This document shows positions 49,168-62,400 of a DNA stretch of 64,000 bases, one piece after another. Position 1 is the stretch's first letter, and every line of letters starts with the position of its first letter. The notes below the pieces were generated by a model. The model was given only the letters and a program-made list of their open reading frames with translations. It ran no database searches and was not told the origin of the DNA. Source of the DNA: Ostrea edulis (Eukaryota); contig NC_079168.1 of NCBI RefSeq assembly GCF_947568905.1, positions 78,616,001 to 78,680,000 on the forward strand, in the 5' to 3' direction. The translations under genes were made by a program, and so were the position numbers.

Positions 49168-52100
49168 TTACCAGAGAAAATAATATATTAGATACACAAT
49201 GCCCAGCAGACACACAGACACCAGCATCGTCTTCCTGTTCTCTTTGCGCAGCTCCTTCAAATCAGTCTCTGAAAAAGTGAAACCCATTGTCATGGTTCTC
49301 TACTCAAACGTCCATATTTTTAAAAGGACGAATTAGTTCATTTATGCTAGCCAAGGGTTTTCCGTCTGCTCCGTTCCCAATGATGAAGAACCCTGGGCTA
49401 GCAAAGATGAAATCAGTTCAACAAATTAATTGTCAAGTTTAAAATTGTCCTTCAAATTATAAAAGCGATAAGAATGGGAACACCCTGGGTCATATTTAAA
49501 AATATGTTTGTTTTCCCTCTCCCGACCCTAAATTTCAGAGGAAGGTCGGTAGGTAGGTAAAAAGTTTTTTTTTTAGCTCGCAGAATTTTATTTAGTATTA
49601 AATAATCATTAACAACACCGATACCAAATCGTCATGAAGCACATCATTCCATGTTTCCTCGTCAAACTCATATAGTCAGTTCTTGCGTAAATTCTGCTTT
49701 GATTGCCACGTTTCGCAATTAGGGGAAGGTGTCGATATTTCGGACAGTACTTCATGTATTTCGGAAATGCTCATTATCTAACCACTAAACTTAGGCATTG
49801 GACTACATATATACATATTGGTTGATTCGACAAACACTCGGGTTTCTTCAGATTTTTTCTGCTATCTATGCCACATACTAATAGTCACACTTAAATAAAG
49901 TTAGGGAGAATGTTGCAGCTATGGACAATGGTGTTATTTTGGACACATGGTGTTATAAAATTGGTAAATTCGGTTGCTGTCTTTTATTTGTGGTTCACTG
50001 GCATTTTATGTTTTTGTTTTTGCACATTATCTTAATTTATATATGATAGTGATTTTCTTTATATTTTTAAATAATATCGATTAAAAGAGAATATCACTCC
50101 AAAATTCGATAACAGAAGCCAACAATTGTAGTCAACCGAATTTTCGCTGCCATTTGAGCAAACGATCAGTCTTGTGACTCAAAACAAAGCTCGACAGTTT
50201 GATAAAATGTTTTCAAGGAACTGTTTATGTGATGAAAGAACCTATAAAATCGATATTAGTAAGTACAAGAAGAATCATTTTATTGATTAGTTATGAGCTT
50301 AAAATTGAATTTGGCTTGTAAGTATTTAAAATCGGCCCCAGAATGCCGCCTCCAGCTGGAGGCGGTGAAGACCACCTGTATTTATATCATTATTTTTTAA
50401 GTTTGGATCGAAACCAAAGAAGATATAAAATACTGATCTGCACCATAAAAAAAAAACCTTCACCAGAATGGCATAATAAAAACTTAAGGGTCAGTGTTAA
50501 TTTTCAGACTCGGTCGGGCGAGGGGAAACAAACAATATTTTTATTTTGGCCCTGACTGGTGTCAATCTTTAATATTGATATAATGTGGTGAGTTCCTGTA
50601 CCTGATACCACTCATGGAGTGGAGTGTCTGAAGCTGTTCGGGAATTTAAAACACTTAACTTTATATGGAGAGCTGGTGGTGTCTCATGTTAATTGTAATC
50701 ATTCTAACTGAGAATAAATGAGAATGCTCACCAAATGAGGAGAGCTTCTGTTTAATCTGTTTCTCCTCCTCCCATAAAGACTGTCTAAAATTGAACAAAA
50801 CATGTCTGTCACACGTAACATGTATACACTAGAACTCACACAGGCCTATGTGGCTAGTGATTATGTTATTAACACAATGTTTGTTGTCATTAAACATGGC
50901 TAGTGATTATGTTATTAACACAATGTTTGTTGTCATTAAACATGGCTAGTGATTATGTTATTAACACAATGTTGGTGTCATTAAACATGGCTAGTGATTA
51001 TGTTATTAACACAATGTTTGGTGTCATTAAACATGGCTAGTGATTATGTTATTAACACAATGTTTGGTGTCATTAAACATGGCTAGTGATTATGTTATTA
51101 ACACAATGTTTGTTGTCATTAAACATGGCTAGTGATTTTGTTATACAACACAATGTTTGGTGTCATTAAACATGGCTAGTGATTTTGTTATACAACACAA
51201 TGTTTGGTGTCATTAAACATGGCTAGTGATTATGTTATTAACACAATGTTTGTTGTCATTAAACATGGCTAGTGATTATGTTATTAACACAATGTTTGGT
51301 GTCATTAAACATGGCTAGTGATTATGTTATTAACACAATGTTGGTGTCATTAAACATGGCTAGTGATTATGTTAACACAATGTTTGGTGTCATTAAACAT
51401 GGCTAGTGATTATGTTATTAACACAATGTTTGGTGTCATTAAACATGGCTAGTGATTATGTTATTAACACAATGTTTGGTGTCATTAAACATGGCTAGTG
51501 ATTTTGTTATACAACACAATGTTTGGTGTCATTAAACATGGCTAGTGATTATGTTATTAACACAATGTTTGTTGTCATTAAACATGGCTAGTGATTATGT
51601 TATACAACACAATGTTTGGTGTCATTAAACATGGCTAGTGATTATGTTATTAACACAATGTTGGTGTCATTAAACATGGCTAGTGATTATGTTATTAACA
51701 CAATGTTTGTTGTCATTAAACATGGCTTGTGATTATGTTATTAACACAATGTTTGGTGTCATTAAACATGGCTAGTGATTATGTTATTAACAAAATGTTT
51801 GGTGTCATTAAACATGGCTAGTGATTATGTTATTAACACAATGTTTGTTGTCATTAAACATGGCTAGTGATTATGTTATTAACACAATGTTTGTTGTCAT
51901 TAAACATGGCTAGTGATTATGTTATTAACACAATGTTTGTTGTCATTAAACATGGCTAGTGATTATGTTATTAACACAATGTTTGTTGTCATTAAACATG
52001 GCTAGTGATTATGTTATTAACACAATGTTTGGTGTCTTCATCATATCAAACAGGGCTAGTCATTATGAATTTGTGATATACACGTATAACATAATGTTTG

Positions 52101-55100
52101 TTGTCATCAAATTGTGGCTTGATGTACATGTATATCAAAGAGAATGACAAAGTTCAAAGTCCTCTCAAGCAAAGAAGGCAAACAAGGCAGATGCCTAAAT
52201 GAGACAACATTTGATGTCATCAGTTACAATTGAGTATTATGATATATTAAGCAAAAAATAATTCTAGATTCCTGTGGGTGAAACACCAGCCTTATAACAG
52301 ATTCCAGAAAAGGACATGCAATTTAAGCTTTTAGAACTTAAATCAGATCTCATTACAAATACTTACAATATCTATATTAAGGGCCATTCAATCCATATTC
52401 TGATCCTGCTAGAATTGGTATTTTGTGAATGGAGAAAAAATTCCATATATTGTGAAGTAGGACTTAAACTCCAGAGGTTGGACACACAGCACATAGAAAT
52501 ACTTGATTCATGCGAGTTAGATACATGATATCTGTGAAATGGTTGTCATGTTCTAGTTACAAGGTAATTAAATATTGGTAATACCTTTCAGTCTCCGAGA
52601 GTTCCTTCAGCCGTAGAGTATCATCAATGGTCTGCAACCTTGAATCACAGTCTTTGATCTTTATTTCTAGGTCATCAATCTGTCGTTAATCAAAATGATT
52701 ACAGGTATATATAATAATAAACTTCATCTCTGATTTTTATTTGTAATCAGTCCTAGGCCTACATACAGAATTGCAAATCCAAGTACAACTTTGTAAATAA
52801 AGAGTATAATTACATATGAATCCACAAACAAAATATCATGGTGTGTTGCAGTAGGGAAAACAAATCATATTGAACACACCTACATGAAATTGTTCCTAAT
52901 ATTTACAGAATAGATAGCTCAATCTATGCAACTTTCTAAAAGAATTAATCCTTTTTATCTTAATCAAATTGGACATGAATGATCGATTTGATACTTTGTG
53001 GAAAAATTAGTGATGCTTTCATTTCATATGAAAATTCAAGACGATTCAATTCTTTATACATGTGTAGCAGTCAGGGCATTAGTATTGTAGTGGTCAGCTG
53101 GATTCAATTGCCGGTGGCCAGTTAGCTTGGTTGGTAGAGCACCTGACTAGAGATTCGGGGGGCCTGGGTTAAAATCCCGGTCTGGTCCGTTGCATTTTCT
53201 TCCTTCCGGTTACATTTGGTGCCATAGACCAGTCCCTGGAACTGACAGGTTGAAATGCCTGCTAGGGATAAAGATCCTGGGTTGATGTCTTTAAGTGTAA
53301 AGACATTTAAGGAGCGAGGAATGTAGCGGTCAGCCGGGTTTGATTGCCGATGGCCCAGTTGGTAGAGCACTTGACTAGAGATTCAGGCAGCCCGGGTTCG
53401 AATCCCGGTCTGGTCTGTTGCATTTTCTCCCTTTCTGTTACACATGTATACTTAAACAAGGTTCAGTCCTTTATAGAATCAGACAGGGTTCAGTCCTTTA
53501 TAACACTAGACATGATTTAGTCCTTTATAACACTAGACAGGGTTCAGTCCTTTATAACACTAGACATGATTTAGTCCTTTATAACACTAGACATGATTTA
53601 GTCCTTTATAACACTAGACATGATTTAGTCCTTTATAACACTAGACAGGGTTCAGTCCTTTATAACACTAGACAGGGTTCAGTCCTTTATAACACTAGAC
53701 AGGGTTCAGTCCTTTATAACACTAGACATGATTTAGTCCTTTATAACACTAGACATGATTTAGTCCTTTATAACACTAGACAGGGTTCAGTCCTTTATAA
53801 CACTAGACATGATTTAGTCCTTTATAACACTAGGCATTGTTTAGTCCTTTATAACACTAGACATGATTTAGTCCTTTATAACACTAGACAGGGTTCAGTC
53901 CTTTATAACACTAGACAGGGTTCAATCCTTTATAACACTAGACATGATTTAGTCCTTTATAACACTAGACATGATTTAGTCCTTTATAACACTAGACAGG
54001 GTTCAGTCCTTTATAACACTAGACATGATTTAGTCCTTTATAACACTAGACATGATTTAGTCCTTTATAACATTAGACATGATTTAGTCCTTTATAACAC
54101 TAGACATGATTTAGTCCTTTATAACACTAGACATGATTTAGTCCTTTATAACACTAGACATGATTTAGTCCTTTATAACACTAGACAGGGTTCAGTCCTT
54201 TATAACACTAGACAGGGTTCAGTCCTTTATAACACTAGACATGATTTAGTCCTTTATAACACTAGACATGATTTAGTCCTTTATAACACTAGACATGATT
54301 TAGTCCTTTATAACACTAGACATGATTTAGTCCTTTATAACACTAGACATGATTTAGTCCTTTATAACACTAGACATGATTTAGTCCTTTATAACACTAG
54401 AACACTAATCCAGTCCTGTCTATGGCTGTGTAGGGTAAGCAGATTCCACAAAAATGAGCACAATACAATTTTTCAGTCATGAAATCTGGTTTCTCTATTT
54501 GAAAGCCAATGTTTTGGGAAATGAAACTGTCACCTAAAAATGACCTTTCATCAAAACTGTATTTATAAAATGTCTTAATCAACAACAATTATGATATCTG
54601 ATATTGTGTTTAACAATCATAATAAATTGTTAAATCCAGTGTGCGAAATTAACTGTGGACTGATAGACAATGTCCATAGAATATCTCATCGGTCTGCATC
54701 TATCAAAACCTGTCTATGTATGAAATCTGACTAGGTCTCATAAACATTTGTGTTGCATTGATTTGTTCCTGCCCACCACTTTGCTATAATAAAATGTTCC
54801 ACAATCTGATGAAAAATCATTTGAATCAAGAATACTCCATTTTTAATAAGAGTGGGGAATGGAACAGAATCAACTCGAGATGTACTTTATAGAGGGCAAA
54901 GCCCTCTCACGGCCCTTCGGGCCGTGAGAGCGGAGCTCTCCCTATAGGTAACACGTATATACATGTTTAAAAGGAAAATATAGGAAAATAATGAAAAATT
55001 AAACCATACCTATGGAACTTGAAAATTTTGGTACTAATGGCGTCGATTCGAATACTATCGCGTGGACATGTATTTCTCCATTTTGAATCTCGTCTACCCT

Positions 55101-55906
55101 AGTTCACGTCGTTCTGAGATGTTACATAAAATTCGTAAAAGCATGTAAATCTTATTTTCTTAATCATATATAATCACTCCACCATTAACGCCATGTTTGT
55201 TGTTGTGGTTCAAACGCTATGTTTGTAAATTTGCTAAATAACGACGCTGAATATAACGTCACAATGTACTGTTTACGTCAAATTGCGTTATATTTCCCGC
55301 ATTCAATATATAGGCGGATCAAATATCCAAAATTAGGATGCTTTGATACAGCTCCGTCCTCGTGCTAACTTCGGGTTGTTTTTGTTCTGTTTTGGATAAA
55401 GATACTAATGCCAAAATTTGTTTGCTTCGCCCTCAAACATGGTCACGCCGTAAAACATATTAGCTTTCATCTTCGTGCATCTTTCATCAGTTTCTCCGTT
55501 CCAAACGTTGCATTTAGAACTGGGTTAAAAAAAAATAACTTAAAATCTGAAAATTCATAGGGTGAGAATGAAAATGAGCAAACTGGCAGTGAGAATGCTA
55601 GGCTTATAAGAAAGGCTGTGACTGAGAGAAACTCACTACTGAAGATCAGTGGTTGCAGTTTACACTATAGACCTTTACAGATAAAATTGCTGACTCCCGT
55701 GTTCTCACTGGTTATATCCCTTAATTGTCCAATATAATAAATAACTGCATTTTCGCCGATATCAGTTGGATATATCGGACGGAATAGTACCAAGCATAGG
55801 CTCTCCCCATTTCTAAGTTGGTAAATAAATAATTCTATTCCTTTATTGTAAACGTTCTATTTAAAAAACAAACAAATTATACCTGTGTTACAATGGTCTG
55901 CACCAT
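49168..55906 (-). CDS. CCDC167: Coiled-coil domain-containing protein 167 homologue (90 aa, C-terminal TM)
   Basis: Phase-consistent exons 55906-55883, 52679-52585, 50784-50732, 49268-49168 give MVQTIVTQIDDLEIKIKDCDSRLQTIDDTLRLKELSETERQSLWEEEKQIKQKLSSFETDLKELRKENRKTMLVSVCLLGIVYLIYYFLW. LRKENRKTML plus the TM tail matches the recalled CCDC167 motif LRQENRKNML. Confidence 0.85.
49488..50552. mobile_element. Probable about 1.06-kb non-autonomous TIR element in CCDC167 intron 3
   Basis: Left GGGTCATATTTAAAAATATGTTTGTTTTCCCTCTCCCGACC is an imperfect inverse of right GGTCGGGCGAGGGGAAACAAACAATATTTTTATTTTGGCCC. Confidence 0.45.
50850..52040. repeat. 45-48-bp minisatellite, about 26 units
   Basis: CATGGCTAGTGATTATGTTATTAACACAATGTTTG(G/T)TGTCATTAAA repeated, in CCDC167 intron 2. 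Confidence 0.97.
53063..53442 (+). mobile_element. Miniature LTR retrotransposon (TRIM-like) with tRNA-like LTRs
   Basis: Two direct repeats (53086-53214 and 53322-53442), each TGTAG...GTTACA. PBS-like TGGTGCC at 53217, purine tract AAGGAGCGAGGAA directly before LTR2, CATG on both flanks (53059-62, 53443-46). Each repeat holds A-box-like and B-box-like motifs (GGTTCGAATCC in LTR2). Confidence 0.7.
53455..54401. repeat. 27-bp two-variant minisatellite, about 35 units
   Basis: AGACATGATTTAGTCCTTTATAACACT and AGACAGGGTTCAGTCCTTTATAACACT interspersed, in CCDC167 intron 1. Confidence 0.97.
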
Positions 55907-55970
55907 TTCAGAAAACGTGGATTTGTTTACTTCCGGAAACGGAGTGCTACATTAGTCGTTCGTAAACCAA
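55907..55970 (-). promoter_or_regulatory. CCDC167 5' UTR / proximal promoter
   Basis: ACTTCCGGAAAC (overlapping ETS-like sites) about 25 bp upstream of the ATG, in a CpG-retaining patch. Confidence 0.4.
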
Positions 55971-58900
55971 GTCGAAAATTTACCCTACAAAAGCAGCCGA
56001 TCTATTAAGCATGGAGAAAATGACAAATTATTTTTTTATTGTTTCAGTAGAATAATTCCTTATTAATAAAGTGTATAAAAGTTCTAAAAAAGTAAGGTCT
56101 TATGCATCGTCGCAAGCCACTACTACATCAAAAATGAAATAAAATATTGAAAATTGAAAAACATTTATTTTAAAGTTTTGAACAAAGAAAGATTTGTAAA
56201 TTTAGAAATAGGGCACTTTATCTCGGAATATTGAAAGATATGACAAAATTGTAAACACTGGTAGTAAAAAAAATCACACTTGGGGAGAAAAAAAAAAAAA
56301 AAGAAAAAAGAATTTGTAGAATGTGCGACTTGAACTATACATAGAGGAGACATTATTCTCAAGAAACAAATGCCTATGCCAAAAACATAAAAATACGACA
56401 TTGGCCCTTAGAAATCTGAAATCTATGGGATAAATGTTTCCACCAATCCATAGAAGTTTGCAAGATATTTAGAAAACAATCAAACGCAGAAGACATGCTG
56501 TCTGAATTTTCTAGAAATTTAAGTGCGGTTAATATATCCGCCCAATGAATGAAAAGGAAATAAAGTATAATATTCCTAAACACATAGACTATTGAAATGA
56601 TCTAAGAGTCTAGCACAAGGTTTATTTGATGATTTGCAACAAAATTGTTTTGATGATTAAATCGTAACTTTAAAGACCCAACTTTAAGTTAACGCCCCCA
56701 AAACAAAAAGAAATATTGAACGAAAATTATAAAAGTGTGCTCTTTCCAGTCTGATGAATAGAGCTAGTGAAGGGTTTGGTTTTAATCACTGTCCTTTCCA
56801 CGCGGAAAAAAAGCAAGTGAATTAAGGTTTAATCCATTCGAGTACTTTCACGATTTTGTTAATAAATCATATAATCAGTTAAATGTGCTCGTCTGTCATA
56901 CCTCTGTACAATACATTCCTGGGATCAATTCAAATTTTATGTGAACCTTATATATTTCAATCGAATGTATACTAATTCACATCAAAATCAACAAAAATAA
57001 GATTGAATTGATCTAGTACGGCCCCTAGCTGCCCCACCACTTCTATTTTGAACGGAAGGTAAATCAAAATCCACTGTAGGACGATATCTTACGATTGTTG
57101 AGGTAACGAATGATTAGGTCCTCCGATTGACGACATCGTAAAGTGAATAGACATACAATAATGTACATGTATGACCAGTAAAATAAGATATCCGGAGATA
57201 TTAACACATGTATTTCCATTTCATTCAATGAATTATATGTTCCCTTCAATTTTAATCCATGACACGTCCAGTTATCGTTATAAATTTGAAGAATGCAAAG
57301 CAACGATGAACATAAATCTGATTGGTTGATATTATTTCCAAATAATTCGAGATAGATACAATGATTAAAATATTTGGCGACATACGGAACTAATTTAATT
57401 TATGAATGATCTTTCTATGATCAAAGAACAATTCTGCAGAGTGGTCAAAAAAAAAAAAAAAAAAAAAATAAAATAAGATACTTCCATTGAAAAATTAGAG
57501 AACTACATTGTATGTGTAGCAAGTAATCTGACATTTTGAGGAGTCCTTTCCTACTGGAAGTCGGTCAAATTCCAATTTTTTTTTTTTTTTTGCACGTGTG
57601 ACAAGGCTTCCAAGTCCAAGGGACACAACTTTGTCAAAATCTATTCAACCAAAACCAAATAAAAACTTTACCTGGACGTCCTGATGATGCATCTTTATAC
57701 CAAATTTCAGTTGAGTAACAGAGATAAAGAACAGCAACTAATTTATGACGGAATGATGAAAAAGGGCAACACTACATGCACCAGATATTTCATTGTGGGG
57801 GCATAAAAACCAAAAACAAAAAGCACTTCATATGGTAGTCGGAAATATCTGTCATTGCCCCAGTTTTATTATTTTGATATTCACAGTAAAACCGTTAATA
57901 AAGCTGAGGAAACATCAGATATTTCAGATTAAGTTCAATATTGAGCTGTAAGGCAGTGGAGCAGGACAGTAAACATATTCCACACCCCATCTACCACACA
58001 AATATACAACAATACAAAATGTTTTATTGTTTTCATTGTTTAATAACTTGTATCTATATTTTCACACAAAATTAAATATATTTTGGTGAAGTTTTGTTAA
58101 TGGTGTTCATGACATTACAGTTTGAGAATTAAAAAAAAATCCATTCTCCCTATAAATACCATAACACCACAAAGACAGTGTACTAGCTTTCACCTTCATG
58201 TCCGTACCATGCAAAACCTGTCAACATGCACACATAACACAATAAACATCTTATTTGTCCTAAGAGTAGGAACAATGTTGCAAGACAAAACTCGGCTTGT
58301 AAAACATTTTACTGTAGAGAATTCCTTCATTATGCACTATAACAAATTGATTTTATATTCATCCGAAAGAAAAGAGAAACATGTCTCCCTAATATGGTAG
58401 TAATACCTAATTCTGTAATTTTATAAAATACATGTATAATTTTATTTCCTTTCTATCATACTCGTATAATATATATCAAATCTGTAACATAAATCCCTTG
58501 CTTCTATTGACTTATATATAAAATACTAGTTGCATAAAATTTTCTATCGACTGATATATTTCCACACTTATATGCAGTAGAATACCCAATGAGATAATGT
58601 AAACAAAATAAATATTTATGAATGACAATGCCCTAGCAAATATATACTTGATAATACATTACTTAAAATTTTAAAGACTGGAAGGTTTGTATGGACGGCA
58701 AACAGAAGCTGCCAAAAATAGCAAAGCAACAAAAATCAATATTATCAAAATGCTCATTAATCAACAAGATTGAAATAATACATGTACCACAAACTTTCAT
58801 GAAAACGACATGATCTGATAATTACATTCCATAATCAATCACAGAGCATGACTTGGATGACAGGACATTGACTATAATTTAAATACAATGAACTTTTAAG

Positions 58901-59418
58901 TCTTAAAAACTATAAGTTAACACGGGTTGACTAGATACAGTTCATAGGATTTCTGGAAGGAATCACAAACATCACAAAATAAATATCAAGTAAAAATCTG
59001 AAACACCTATCTAAACAATGATTTACAATAACAAATTAAATACTCCTAGAGTTTAAAAAAAACCCAAACCTGTATGCCCCTGAATCTCTGATTACGAGGG
59101 CATAAAAATCGAAGATTCTCCCATGAGATTCAAAATACTAGTATCCCAAATACATAACACTCTATCAACTCAATACAATAAAATATAGTCAAGGTTTATC
59201 AAAACACATTAATCATTAACAATGCATTAATATTTTCGAAGCAGTGGAGGATTGACAACATCATCCTGATCGGCCGCTCAATCCATATAGCACCATTAAT
59301 ATCCAAAGCATCACAATCAAATACTTCTAATACTCATCAATCTTTACTCAAAGTAGAGAGGACTCCACAGAAAAAAAGGAAAGCTCTCTTCACCAAGATG
59401 CCTGCACCACTCCTAAAC

Positions 59419-62400
59419 CTATCCTCTGAGAGCTAAAAGTAATAACACCAAATACAGAATTAAAAAACAATAGAGATAACTTCATTTATAATTTAGCAAG
59501 TTCTTTATTTGTTATTGGTACACTAGTACCGGGTAAGTCATTCATGAATATCTTTTTTCTATAGTTAAAAATTAATATAATAAGAGCGCTGTTGACTTTA
59601 TTTTCAATTAAACTACCTATTACATCTATGAGACAAATGTATGGTATCAGTAATCTAAACATTGTAAATTGAAATGAAATTTTTCATGACCTTACCTTTC
59701 ATCACCACCGATTCGTCAAATGCTCTCTCCTCTCTTCTATACACCATCAAATCCAACAGAAGAGAATATACATAAAAACACATGAATCAAATGAATAAAT
59801 GAAAGTATTGTACGTCTTTGGCACCAATATAAAATATCACAGATAAGCAATTCATCCAGGGTTCCTGAGCGTGTCACCTTCGGGTTGTATGACTGCGTTT
59901 TAGCTTTGCCTTAATATCGGTGGATCGGATTGGCCGAATTTTGTGTGGATCAAAGCCATGATATGGCTCAACATCGTACACTACAGACATTGGAGACGGA
60001 GGTCTGTGGCGCGCCGTTAAACCGCTGACTTCTTCGTCGTACAGTTCGTAAGTTCCTGACATTGTGCCTGATATGCTGCGATGTCTGGCGTCCAGCAGAT
60101 CAGAGGCGTAGTCGCTGTAGGAAGAGTAATGACATCTGGGTGTTGAACTCAGGCGTTCAGCACTCATGTGGGCCTCCCTATAAAATACACATGACAAGGG
60201 ATTTTCATCATCACTAAAGTGTTAACCCATCTCTTTCACCAGTAATACAATGAAGTAATCCATTTATTTTAACAAGAGTACTGCCAACGCTGCATAATAC
60301 CCCCGTGAAAAGCTAACATAGGGTGTTTTTCTTACACCATGATTTGTAGAACTTGCCTTAGTATCAGCAATCATCAGGGTGTGACACACTTTCTTTGCAT
60401 CAAATAAACAAGACAAATCATGTACTCTCTATGTAATATTTTCACTTGGCATAAGATGTATGTGTACCAAGTTTAACGGTCTTTGATCCAATGAATCAGT
60501 CTGCATCCTGCTACTATGACTTTAACCTTTGACCTTAAGAAACAATAGGCATCCTCCACTTGGCATAAAGTGTATGTGTACAAAGTTTGACGGTCCTAGC
60601 CTCAACAGTTAAGTTTTTATACTACCTACAAGGTTTTCCAACTAAGTGATACTGTGACCTTGACCTTTGACCTATAAAATTGAAAAACAATAGGCATTTT
60701 CCTCTCATCATGGTGATCAAATGTACCAAGTTTCAATACCCCGGAGCTTATGGTTTGGTTTGTATCCTGCTAAAAAGGTTTTCCAACTAAGTGATACTGC
60801 AATGACCTTTGACCTATAAAATTGAAAAGCAATAGGCATCTTCCTCTCATCATGGTGATCAAATGTACCAAGTTTCAATATCCTGAAGCTTACAGTTCAG
60901 CTTGTATCCTACCTACAAGGTTTTCCTATTAAGTAATACTATGACCTTGACCTTTGACTTTGAAAAACAATAGGCATCTTCCTTTCATCATGGTGATCAT
61001 ATATACGAAGTTGTAATATTCTAGAGCTTACGGTTCGGTTTGTATCCTGCCCACAAGGGTTTCATACTAAGTGATACTACGACTTTGACCTTGAAAAAGA
61101 ATAGGCATCTTCCTCTCATCGTGGTGATCAAATGTACCAAGTTGTAAAATCCTGGAGCTTACTGTTCGGTCTGTATCCTGCACACAAGGTCCGGACAGAC
61201 AGACAGAGCAATACCATAATACGTCCCATATAAAAACATGTCTCCCAAAAACCCCATGTTTACAAGTTTTTGCCTTTGATAACTTTATAAATTGTAAAGA
61301 CAGCCACTTCCTCATGAACGCAATGCCGATGTAAATAATGCCCAGTCATATGAATCTTGATAGACATAGTATGTCTATTTTAATGGTTGGGAATTCCGAC
61401 AGAAAATAATGAAAGCAAAAATGTAAATGCAAGAAATACACGAGGATAACTGTAATGCTTCATGCTGGAATACGCTAGCGTGAAGTATTAACTTGCTTAA
61501 TGAAGTATGCTAGCGTGAAGCATAAATTCATTTCTTAAATGGTCGTGACCCTTCAGGAAGGTAACGAAATCTTTTCCTTTACCTTTAATTTACAATATAC
61601 ATGTATGTAAGCATGTGCATAAAGTTTTTTTTAAAATACTAATTCTCTCCTGGTCATGCATGACAAAAACAATATGGGTCCGGTTACTGAAGGAGAGCCA
61701 TTGCAAAAACTCTAAAAACTGGTCTAGGAGTAATGCGAAGAAAAAAACCCCACTCAAGCTGACCATTACAAGAAATTGAACACTTTTGTTTTAATAAAAT
61801 CAAATAAAAGTAGAGCTGTACCTGATATTAGATTTCTTTTTGCTGTAAGAGTCCAGTATGTGTTGAGCCCTCCTGATCTCAGCCCTGTTTTGTAAACGAA
61901 TCTGTTCTATCTCGTGTAACAGCTGTCGACTCTCGCTGCCCGAGTAGTAGTTCCTGGAATCTGGCTGATAGTCCAGTGACTGGTCACTCAGCGGTCGAAA
62001 TCTTGGCTCTCTGGGCTCCGGTGAAATAGACCCAGTGGACAGCTGAGTAGGAGAGTACAGAGTATTACTGGGGGGTCTGGCATCCGAGGAAATACTACGG
62101 GGGGAGTCCCTCTCCCTGGTCTGAGGAGGTACAAGATAGGTGCTGTAGCCATAATCCACAGACGATGGTAGCTCATCTGCCACAGAGAAGGCAATCTTAG
62201 GAGAGAAGGTCAGCTGTCTGTTGTGGTTGGGAGGCCTGGAGGAATGGGCAGAATCTCGAGGTGAATACGTTGAGTAGTAGTCATGTCTATAAGATTCTAA
62301 GTCATGAAGGTGGTCCTGAGTACTTAATGACCTTGGTGAGAGGTAGTCGTGGTGAAGTCTAGGGCTGGGATGTGATGTTGTTCTGTGATGGAGTGATGGA

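Noticed and set aside
53418-54482. 354-aa RHDLVLYNT/RQGSVLYNT repeat protein
   Set aside because: It is a 27-bp minisatellite, antisense within CCDC167 intron 1. The ORF starts inside a TRIM LTR with a non-ATG codon.
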